Source: a virus
Taxonomy: Duplodnaviria; Heunggongvirae; Uroviricota; Caudoviricetes
Virus record (IMG/VR): IMGVR_UViG_3300021400_000141
Coordinates: 257,354 to 321,353 of that record
DNA: 64,000 nucleotides
Strand: one strand, 5' to 3'
The stretch's first letter is position 1. Each line of letters begins with the position of its first letter. Of the stretch, positions 44,028 to 50,612 are shown one piece after another. A program made the position numbers and the translations under genes. A model generated the notes under the pieces. That model was not told the origin of the DNA. It saw nothing but the letters and a program-made list of their open reading frames with translations, and searched no databases.

Positions 44028-44100
44028 TCCGATGTAGCTCAGTTGGTAGAGCGGCTCATTTGTAATGAGCGGGTCGGGAGTTCGAGCCTCTCTATCGGAG
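44028..44100 (+). tRNA. tRNA-Thr(TGT)
   Basis: Cloverleaf; GCTCA-TTTGTAA-TGAGC. Confidence 0.9.
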
Positions 44101-44110
44101 CTATTTTTAT

Positions 44111-44181
44111 TCGCGTATAGCTTAACTGGAAGAGTGGCCTGTCTGCAGCAGGAAACAAAGGTTCGATTCCTTTTGCGCGAG
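44111..44181 (+). tRNA. Atypical tRNA; anticodon reads TGC with C33, identity unclear
   Basis: Good acceptor and T arms; anticodon stem CCTG/CAGG with loop TCTGCAG; no G3:U70. Confidence 0.55.
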
Positions 44182-44189
44182 CTATGTAT

Positions 44190-44262
44190 TGCCGATTCGC
44201 CAAGCTGGTAAGGCACAGGACTCTGACTCCTGTATTCGGGCGTTCGAACCGCTCATCGGCAA
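44190..44262 (+). tRNA. tRNA-Gln(CTG)
   Basis: Cloverleaf; CAGGA-CTCTGAC-TCCTG. Confidence 0.9.
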
Positions 44263-44275
44263 CTATGAAGAAATT

Positions 44276-44349
44276 TGCGGGGTGGAGCAGTTGGTAGCTT
44301 GTTGGGCCCATAACCCAAAGGTCGCGGAGTTCGAGTCCCGCCCCCGCTA
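44276..44349 (+). tRNA. Initiator tRNA-fMet(CAT)
   Basis: GGG/CCC pairs in the anticodon stem; 1:72 mismatch. Confidence 0.85.
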
Positions 44350-44356
44350 CTAATTT

Positions 44357-44445
44357 GATTGGCCATGGGTTGTCATGACGGCATTTGGTAAATATCGAAG
44401 CCTACCAAGTGGAAGGTTAAATTCCTTCACAATCCTTGGTCAATC
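44357..44445 (+). ncRNA. Degenerate tRNA-like element
   Basis: Acceptor-like stem GGGTTGT/ACAATCC and T-arm GAAGG-TTAAATT-CCTTC; 12-nt loop in place of the anticodon loop; no D arm. Confidence 0.45.
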
Positions 44446-44450
44446 ATTTT

Positions 44451-44523
44451 GCCGATGTAGCTCAGTTGGTCGAGCGGAAGCCTGAAGAGCTTCGCGTCGG
44501 GGGTTCGATTCCCTCCGTCGGCA
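44451..44523 (+). tRNA. tRNA-Phe(GAA)
   Basis: Cloverleaf; GAAGC-CTGAAGA-GCTTC. Confidence 0.9.
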
Positions 44524-44526
44524 CTA

Positions 44527-44595
44527 CACATAGGTGAAATGACGTAGGTGCCCACCGTGTGGGATTTTGGTGGTTCTAAACCACCCACCTATGTG
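44527..44595 (+). ncRNA. tRNA-like element with no anticodon loop
   Basis: CACATAGGTG/CACCTATGTG stem, CCCAC-CGT-GTGGG, T-arm GGTGG-TTCTAAA-CCACC. Confidence 0.5.
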
Positions 44596-44600
44596 TTTAT

Positions 44601-44674
44601 CCGCAGCTATAGCAATTGGTTAGATAGCCACTCTGATAAGGTGGAGGCTCCTGGTTCGAGTCCAGGGTTGCGGA
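44601..44674 (+). tRNA. tRNA-Ile(GAT)
   Basis: Cloverleaf; CCACT-CTGATAA-GGTGG. Confidence 0.85.
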
Positions 44675-44685
44675 CTACATTTTTT

Positions 44686-44759
44686 GGCGCTATCGAATAA
44701 CTGGCCTAGTTCATCGCCCTTTCAAGGCGGCAATACGGGTTCGAGTCCCGTTGGCGCTA
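44686..44759 (+). tRNA. tRNA-Glu(TTC)
   Basis: Cloverleaf; TCGCC-CTTTCAA-GGCGG. Confidence 0.85.
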
Positions 44760-44981
44760 CTAAAAGTCATGCTTGGTAGTACAAGGTAAAACTATTGCTC
44801 GCAGCCGACTTCGGGTCGGGTTCCGAGATATGCCGACATCCTAAATCGGCAGTATGGCGAATTGAAGAAGTCCTTGATAGCAACGGACAACTGATGCGGC
44901 TTCTTCATACAAGGCACAATACTCCGTTCACCTTTGTAGCCGAGGCGCTTTTCTCAATAGTACGTGTCAAAATTGTATTTT

Positions 44982-45054
44982 TCCGACGTAGCTCAGTTGG
45001 TAGAGCAGGGCTTTCGTAAAGCTCAGGTCGTAAGTTCAAGTCTTACTGTCGGAG
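44982..45054 (+). tRNA. tRNA-Thr(CGT)
   Basis: Cloverleaf; GGGCT-TTCGTAA-AGCTC. Confidence 0.9.
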
Positions 45055-45284
45055 TTAAAGACATCTGGCTAAATGTCCGTCATTGAGGGCCAGACCCGTT
45101 TCGTTCGGACAGCGATGGACGGGAGGCGTGATGAAGCCTGCTATTAAAAGGTAACGATACCCATCTAGGTCTATGTAAGGGCTGGTAGGTGAGCCCGTTC
45201 GCAACATAGATGACAAACCGATGGTCTCGGCGACAAGCGGAAAGGATGCCGTAACCCCCGCAGCTCCTCGAATTCATCAAACTT

Positions 45285-45358
45285 CGGAATATAGCTCAGT
45301 CTGGTAGAGCGCTTGCTTCGGGAGCAAGAGGCCGCAGGTCCAAATCCTGCCATTCCGA
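45285..45358 (+). tRNA. tRNA-Pro(CGG)
   Basis: Cloverleaf; CTTGC-TTCGGGA-GCAAG. Confidence 0.9.
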
Positions 45359-45768
45359 CTAAAACACAAATGAGTAGAACCCGTGTTGCATCGTTCATGT
45401 TCATGCTAGCGGGCTAACCCAGATGGGGAAAACTCTGGGATGAGGAATCTGTCTCTGCGAATTATGAATGAAAGAATGGTGGTCGCAGAGGTGTAGTATT
45501 GGCTCTACTAAAATATGCCACGTGAGACCATTTGAAATAAGAATGGGGGAGATAAACTTTGGGTTAACCACCAAGTGTGCTCCTTAATCCGTCCTTGAAA
45601 TTAGGATGCCTGTAAGTTTGTGTTTAAATTAAAAGGCCGTTATGCCTTTCCTGATGTAAACCGTGATGTTGTAAGGAATGTCAGTCGTACGGTCTGTGTG
45701 AGATACCTAAGAACCATTGGGCCACTCACCATAATAAAAGGCTTAGTCAGGGATGTCACGTACTTTTC

Positions 45769-45842
45769 GGCTCTATCGAATAACTGGTTCAGTTCGTTAG
45801 CCTCTCAAGCTAGAAATTCGGGTTCAAGTCCCGATGGAGCTA
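45769..45842 (+). tRNA. tRNA-Glu(CTC)
   Basis: Cloverleaf; TTAGC-CTCTCAA-GCTAG. Confidence 0.85.
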
Positions 45843-45846
45843 TTAT

Positions 45847-45929
45847 GCAGCCATGCTGAAATTGGTAGCCAGGCCAGCCTGTCACGCTGGTGTCCTATGG
45901 GCGTGCGAGTTCAAGTCTCGCTGGTTGCG
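45847..45929 (+). tRNA. tRNA-Asp(GTC) with a long variable arm (Leu-like class II body)
   Basis: CCAGC-CTGTCAC-GCTGG; variable arm TGTCCTATGGGCGT; G73. Confidence 0.8.
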
Positions 45930-45936
45930 CTAATTC

Positions 45937-46011
45937 ACTTCCATAGCTCAGTTGGTTCAGAGCGCTTGCCTTACAAGCAAGGGGTCATAGGTTCGAATCC
46001 TATTGGGAGTA
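45937..46011 (+). tRNA. tRNA-Val(TAC)
   Basis: Cloverleaf; CTTGC-CTTACAA-GCAAG. Confidence 0.9.
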
Positions 46012-46021
46012 CGAATTTACC

Positions 46022-46092
46022 CCCTCAGTAGTGTAATGGTAGCACAATAGCTTGTGGAGCTGTTAGTTCGAGTTCGAATCTCGGCTGGCGGA
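46022..46092 (+). tRNA. tRNA-His(GTG), lacking encoded G-1 and C73
   Basis: ATAGC-TTGTGGA-GCTGT; one acceptor-stem mismatch. Confidence 0.75.
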
Positions 46093-46262
46093 CTAAAATC
46101 AAAAACAGTATAAAAATCGTCATAGTTTATCCGCTGTTCTATGACAAAGTTTTTGCTCTTGCAAGGCGGACTCCGTCAATTAAGTCAATCATGTCGAGAC
46201 GGACATGGGATGTCGGAGGACGTGACCCCTGCTCGGTGTCAGGCTAAAACGCCGCCATTTTT

Positions 46263-46336
46263 GCTCTCGTAGCTCAACTGGATAGAGCGCCAGACTACGA
46301 ATCTGGAGGTTGCAAGTTCGAGCCTTGCCGAGAGTA
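46263..46336 (+). tRNA. tRNA-Arg(ACG)
   Basis: Cloverleaf; CCAGA-CTACGAA-TCTGG. Confidence 0.9.
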
Positions 46337-46349
46337 CTAGGATTTCATT

Positions 46350-46430
46350 GGAGGATTAGGCTAACTGGTAAGTCAGCGGTCTTGAAAACCGCCGTCGTAA
46401 GGCTTGGGGGTTCGAGTCCCTCATCCTCCG
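46350..46430 (+). tRNA. tRNA-Ser(TGA)
   Basis: GCGGT-CTTGAAA-ACCGC; long variable arm. Confidence 0.9.
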
Positions 46431-46610
46431 CTAAGTTTAATAGGCCATTAGCGTTCTTCTCGCAAAAGAGCTAATGACGGGTTGAAGCATGCGAGGTGCT
46501 TACGAACCCGAGGTGGCAAACGACTACAACTGGAGAAGTTTGAGGTTGCCCACGATGACGTACCTGCTATGAAAGACCGTAGACTGATAGTCCAAAAGCG
46601 TCATCACCGA

Positions 46611-46683
46611 TGCGGTGTAGCTCAGTTGGTAGAGCAACGGAATCATAATCCGTGTGTCAACGGTTCAAGTCCGTTCTCCGCAA
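46611..46683 (+). tRNA. tRNA-Met(CAT), elongator
   Basis: Cloverleaf; ACGGA-ATCATAA-TCCGT. Confidence 0.85.
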
Positions 46684-46797
46684 CTATGCAGCTCGGCAGT
46701 TAAACAATGCCGTTTCTGACAAAGATAAGGTTGGTCAGTATAAAGCGCTTCAACAACATAAGAACCTAAAGCAACGGGGGCTGCTATAATTTTAAAT

Positions 46798-46883
46798 CGG
46801 GTTGTGGCGGAATTGGTAGACGCGCACCGTTCAGGGCGGTGTTCCGCAAGCGAGGAGTGTGAGTTCGATTCTCACCAACCCGA
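46798..46883 (+). tRNA. tRNA-Leu(CAG)
   Basis: CACCG-TTCAGGG-CGGTG; long variable arm. Confidence 0.9.
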
Positions 46884-46947
46884 CGATGACAAGTTTTTTG
46901 ACAAGCAAAGATTTTTGTCAAATTTTCAACTTTTTTGACAAAACGGG

Positions 46948-46976
46948 TTGACAGTTGTCAATTATCTTTCTATATT
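46948..46976 (+). promoter_or_regulatory. Sigma70 promoter driving the second tRNA operon
   Basis: TTGACA-N17-TATATT. Confidence 0.8.
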
Positions 46977-46986
46977 TCAGAACGTG

Positions 46987-47033
46987 GTTGACACGCGATG
47001 TCAACTCGCTGATTGACAGTTCGGTTTTGCAAT
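46987..47033 (+). promoter_or_regulatory. Leader hairpin (CGCGA loop) plus 23-nt conserved motif, boxB/boxA-like
   Basis: GTTGACA-CGCGA-TGTCAAC then GATTGACAGTTCGGTTTTGCAAT. Confidence 0.55.
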
Positions 47034-47036
47034 TAT

Positions 47037-47109
47037 GGGGTATTAGCTCAGTTGGTAGAGCACCTGCTTTGCACGCAGGGGGTCAGGAGTTCGAATCTCC
47101 TATGCTCCA
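47037..47109 (+). tRNA. tRNA-Ala(TGC)
   Basis: Cloverleaf with G3:U70; CCTGC-TTTGCAC-GCAGG. Confidence 0.92.
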
Positions 47110-47343
47110 CGAATTTTAATGATACAAGCATACAACCGAGACATTGGAGCAACAATTCTCGGTGGCGATTAAATCGGCTTTGGATTTGCTAGTCCGAGAC
47201 AGAGATATTCAGCCGATTGACTGACTGGGCGACCGTTAATGTATGCTGAATCGATGTGGACCACAGGTGTGCGGTGCGACAGGGGAAGGTCAACCCTTCT
47301 TACGAGTCCCCTCGGGTCGAGTATCATTATTTATTTTTCTTTT

Positions 47344-47432
47344 GGGTTGACGGCGAAGATGGTGGTGTCGCGACGGTCTGTAAAACCGTTCCCTTAGGGT
47401 AAACACTGTAGGTCCGAATCCTACTCAACCCA
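47344..47432 (+). tRNA. tRNA-Tyr(GTA)
   Basis: ACGGT-CTGTAAA-ACCGT; long variable arm. Confidence 0.9.
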
Positions 47433-47437
47433 CTAAA

Positions 47438-47507
47438 AGTCAGTGTCGTTTGAAAGCGTTACTTAGGATGAAGCTAAAAATAACACGCTTTCTCTTTTTA
47501 CCTGACT
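47438..47507 (+). ncRNA. Free-standing copy A of the conserved RNA module (Y-RNA-like candidate)
   Basis: AGTCAG/CTGACT and GAAAGCGT/ACGCTTTC stems; TGTCG, TTACTT and TTTTTACC motifs. Confidence 0.6.
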
Positions 47508-47515
47508 TCTTTTGT

Positions 47516-47646
47516 TCCAGGATAGCTCAGTTGGTTAGAGCACGTAATAATACCTGTCCGTTTTTCCCCTGTGCAAGGGTGGCGTTTGGAATGGGTTACT
47601 TAGCCTGTTAAGCTCGGGGTCGTAGGTTCGAGTCCTACTCCTGGTA
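47516..47646 (+). tRNA. tRNA-Asn(GTT) interrupted by a 57-nt structured insert at position 28/29 (47545-47601)
   Basis: Removing the insert gives CGAGC-CTGTTAA-GCTCG and a 74-nt cloverleaf. Confidence 0.75.
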
Positions 47647-47657
47647 CTAATAAAATT

Positions 47658-47744
47658 TCCAGTGTCGCTAGAAACCGATACTTCGCTCTGTCTTTTCACA
47701 CAGATTGCCCGAATGGGCGTACACGGTTTCGCTTTTTACCTGGA
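47658..47744 (+). ncRNA. Free-standing copy B of the conserved RNA module
   Basis: TCCAG/CTGGA and GAAACCG/CGGTTTC stems; TGTCG, TACTT and GCTTTTTACC motifs. Confidence 0.6.
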
Positions 47745-47749
47745 TTTCT

Positions 47750-47874
47750 GCCGGCGTAGCTCAGTGGTAGAGCGCGTATAAACCTGTTCGCTTTTTCTCC
47801 CGCAAGGGTGGCGACAGAATGGGTTACTTAGTCTGCAAAACTCGTGGTCACAGGTTCGAATCCTGTCGCTGGCA
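47750..47874 (+). tRNA. tRNA-Cys(GCA) interrupted by a 53-nt structured insert at position 28/29 (47777-47829)
   Basis: Removing the insert gives CGAGT-CTGCAAA-ACTCG and a 72-nt cloverleaf. Confidence 0.75.
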
Positions 47875-48146
47875 CTAAGCAATCTTTCCGTTTCAGCGTA
47901 GCAGCAAACGGTGCCGATTCGCAGGCGGCACACCAAACCGTATGAGTAGCCTTTCCGTGGCTGGAAGGTGGCGAAAGACATAAGGTGATTCTTGCGGATA
48001 TATCGGTCGCTCCGATGAAATTTCCTTTTGTAAACGGCTGTTTCGCACAGCGCAAGCTCCCTTTCGGAAACAAAAGTTAAAAGGGATTATGATAGCAGAT
48101 GACCAAAAAGCCATTGGTAGTATGCGAAGGAACAAATGCGAGGTTA

Positions 48147-48220
48147 GGGATTCTAGCTCAATTGGTGAGAGCTACGGACTCATAACCCGTCGGTTCCGAG
48201 TTCAAGTCTCGGGGGTCCCA
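48147..48220 (+). tRNA. tRNA with CAT anticodon (probably Ile2, possibly Met)
   Basis: Cloverleaf, loop CTCATAA; third CAT tRNA in the array. Confidence 0.75.
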
Positions 48221-48550
48221 GAGTCTTGCTTTCTTACCGTTTGTTTACTGTGACGACATTGCAAATCAAACGGCCTCTAAAGTTGGAAGTAAAAAGGGCA
48301 GGAAGGATGCGGCGTCGAAAACCGTATCTGGTAATGCGGGTGAACTTCATATGAGGATAGTTCTATGCCTCGGAGAGTTTCAAATAGATAGCGTTTCGCA
48401 CCGTCCCGAGATGAAGGTGGGGTGTCAGCGACCCAAAGAGCTGATGGTGCAATAGATTGGTGCACAAATCTTAGCCTCCAGGTTTGGTGCAGTTCGGACT
48501 TCGGTTCGTCCTGTGTCGTGATTCGATTTCATGAAGGTTAACTATTTTAA

Positions 48551-48623
48551 GCGGATGTAGCTCAATTGGTAGAGTTCCTGCCCTCCAAGCAGGTTGTTGT
48601 GGGTTCGAGACCCATTATCCGCT
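48551..48623 (+). tRNA. tRNA-Gly(TCC)
   Basis: CCTGC-CCTCCAA-GCAGG; U73. Confidence 0.88.
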
Positions 48624-48630
48624 CGAATTC

Positions 48631-48703
48631 GAGTTCGTAGCTCAGATGGTAGAGCAATAGACTTTTAATCTATGGGTCGCGAGTTCGACTCTCGCCGAGC
48701 TCA
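48631..48703 (+). tRNA. tRNA-Lys(TTT)
   Basis: ATAGA-CTTTTAA-TCTAT. Confidence 0.9.
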
Positions 48704-48712
48704 CGAAAATAA

Positions 48713-48787
48713 GCTTCATTAGCTCAGTTTGGTTAGAGCAGGTGCCTCTTAAGCATCGGGTCCAAGGTTCGAGTCCTTGATGGAGCA
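48713..48787 (+). tRNA. tRNA-Lys(CTT)
   Basis: GGTGC-CTCTTAA-GCATC. Confidence 0.9.
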
Positions 48788-48797
48788 CTACATTTAC

Positions 48798-48870
48798 TGG
48801 GGTATCGTCAAGTTGGTAAGACATGGGATTTTGATTCCCATATTCGTTGGTTCGAGTCCAGCTACCCCAA
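48798..48870 (+). tRNA. tRNA-Gln(TTG)
   Basis: TGGGA-TTTTGAT-TCCCA. Confidence 0.9.
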
Positions 48871-49476
48871 CGAAATAGGCACTGAGAGATGGTCATGTGT
48901 TGCAAGACACGTTATAAAATCCAAAGGTTGCGGAGAAATCCACATAACGGGTGCCGACAAGATTTTTCCACAATCACAGTAAGCTTCCGTCTTCGCCACA
49001 ATGCAGTTGGCGGGAGTTATGGATAGGGTGCGAGTAGTTCACCGTGGACTGGCTTAGCATTCGTCTCGTGATGCCCAGATGCGTCATCCCGATTAGTTAA
49101 ACCCTTTTCGGTGAGGGCAGACTGCTCTCATTCTAGGTGTGGAAGTCAAGGGAGGAAGATGATGCACCAGTTCCTGTTCTGACTAACAGGATATGTTGCG
49201 TGAAGGGATGCAGGTATTAAAGCCCGCATGCGCCGACAAAGAATTGCAGCTGCCGTTCCGAATAGAGGCAGGTCCTTAATGAGGGCGGGTACAGCAATGT
49301 TGCTGCAAGAGGTGCATTAGGTCAAGATAACAGACGACTTCATGTTTTCAATCAGGTACTGTTCCCTGCGGTGAAACCGAAAACTGGCCGCATTGATTTG
49401 CGCATAGGTGCGGATGATTGTCTCTATAAGAGCACGGCTTTGCCATTCAGCTTGTCACGAAAGAGAATGGCGACTC

Positions 49477-49562
49477 GCGCAAGTACCCAAGCGGACGAAG
49501 GGGGAGGTCTGCAAAACCTCTAGGCCGAAAGGCTCGCGTAAGTTCGACTCTTACCTTGTGCT
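49477..49562 (+). tRNA. tRNA-Cys(GCA) with a long variable arm
   Basis: GAGGT-CTGCAAA-ACCTC; variable arm GGCC-GAAA-GGCT; U73. Confidence 0.8.
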
Positions 49563-49590
49563 TAACATTTTCAAAATCAAAGGAGATTCT

Positions 49591-49884
49591 ATGAATTTCT
49601 CGAAGAAAGATGTGGATTTTGCACCATCTCTTGTTGAATACAAGATGACAAAGATTCTTGAAGATAAGGCTATCTTCAAGAATGCTACATCGCCCAACAG
49701 GGATATTCTGAACAAGGTCTACGACCTGTATCAGCCCGCAGCCGCTGCCCATGGAGCCAAGCTCTGGCGTGTCTGGGATAAGTTCAACAAGGACACCCAC
49801 ACCTACACGGTGACGGTGGAAATCTTCAGGGGCAAGGATAAGCTCGTGCTGGAACACACGGCTAAACCTGCCGATGTTGATTAA
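49591..49884 (+). CDS. Hypothetical protein, paralog of the next gene
   Basis: SD AAGGAG; shares VYD.Y...G.K.WR.WD.F.KDTHT.T..VE.F.GK with 49902. Confidence 0.75.
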   Translation: MNFSKKDVDFAPSLVEYKMTKILEDKAIFKNATSPNRDILNKVYDLYQPAAAAHGAKLWRVWDKFNKDTHTYTVTVEIFRGKDKLVLEHTAKPADVD

Positions 49885-49901
49885 ACAGTAATGGAGACTC
49901 T

Positions 49902-50207
49902 ATGAGTACAACATTGGATAAAGTGAATGCTGCACAGGCTCTCGCCGCAGTGAAAGCTATCGTAGAACCGCAAGTGGAAAAGCTTTGCGAAAACAAGCTC
50001 TTGTTCAAGGATAGCGAAACGTCTAGGCGTGACACTCTCGATGCCGTTTATGACATTTATCGTAAGGCGACAATAAACAACGGTGTCAAGATGTGGCGTG
50101 CTTGGGACACTTTCGACAAGGATACGCACACATGTACGATATCTGTTGAAGTTTTTGCTGGAAAGGAAAAGGTCACGATTAAACACGTGGTTGGACCGAA
50201 ACAGTAA
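49902..50207 (+). CDS. Hypothetical protein, paralog of the previous gene
   Basis: SD GGAG; shares the same conserved motif. Confidence 0.75.
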   Translation: MSTTLDKVNAAQALAAVKAIVEPQVEKLCENKLLFKDSETSRRDTLDAVYDIYRKATINNGVKMWRAWDTFDKDTHTCTISVEVFAGKEKVTIKHVVGPKQ

Positions 50208-50215
50208 ATCCGATT

Positions 50216-50289
50216 GTGCTTGTAGCTCAGCTGGATAGAGCAACAGTTTCCTAAACTGTAGGTCGCCAGTTCGACTCTGGCCAAGCACA
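50216..50289 (+). tRNA. tRNA-Arg(CCT)
   Basis: ACAGT-TTCCTAA-ACTGT. Confidence 0.9.
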
Positions 50290-50294
50290 CTAAT

Positions 50295-50378
50295 GGAGAG
50301 ATGGCTGAATTGGTAAAAGCGGAGCTTTGCTAAAGCTTTGTCGGTAACGGCGCGCAGGTTCGAACCCTGTTCTCTCCT
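50295..50378 (+). tRNA. tRNA-Ser(GCT)
   Basis: GAGCT-TTGCTAA-AGCTT; long variable arm. Confidence 0.88.
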
Positions 50379-50386
50379 CTAATTTC

Positions 50387-50521
50387 CCCACAGTAGCTCA
50401 GTCTGGTAGAGCGCTAGTAAATGAAACAGTCTTCCGACTTTTTCCCTGCAAAGGTGACGCAGGAATGACTTACTTCGATAATGGTGACTGGATGTCGTAG
50501 GTTCAAATCCTGCCTGTGGGA
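50387..50521 (+). ncRNA. tRNA body (Pro-like) with the conserved module in the anticodon arm; no canonical anticodon recoverable
   Basis: Intact acceptor, D and T arms; insert has TTCCGACTTTTTCCC...GGTGACG...GAATGACTTACTT. Confidence 0.65.
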
Positions 50522-50530
50522 CTAAATTTC

Positions 50531-50604
50531 GTGGTTATAACATAGTCTGGTTAATGTGTCAGCTTGCCATGCTGGAGACCTGGGTTCAAATCCCAGTAAC
50601 CACT
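50531..50604 (+). tRNA. tRNA-Gly(GCC)
   Basis: TCAGC-TTGCCAT-GCTGG; U73. Confidence 0.85.
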
Positions 50605-50612
50605 TAAAACAT

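Noticed and set aside
42575-47018. TTGACA inside the 23-nt repeated motif as an extra promoter -35
   Set aside because: No -10 hexamer at 16-18 bp spacing in either copy.
47545-47829. Group I/II intron or canonical BHB intron explanation for the tRNA inserts
   Set aside because: At 53-57 nt the inserts are far too short for self-splicing introns and end in T rather than the group I terminal G. I could not draw a bulge-helix-bulge at the junctions.
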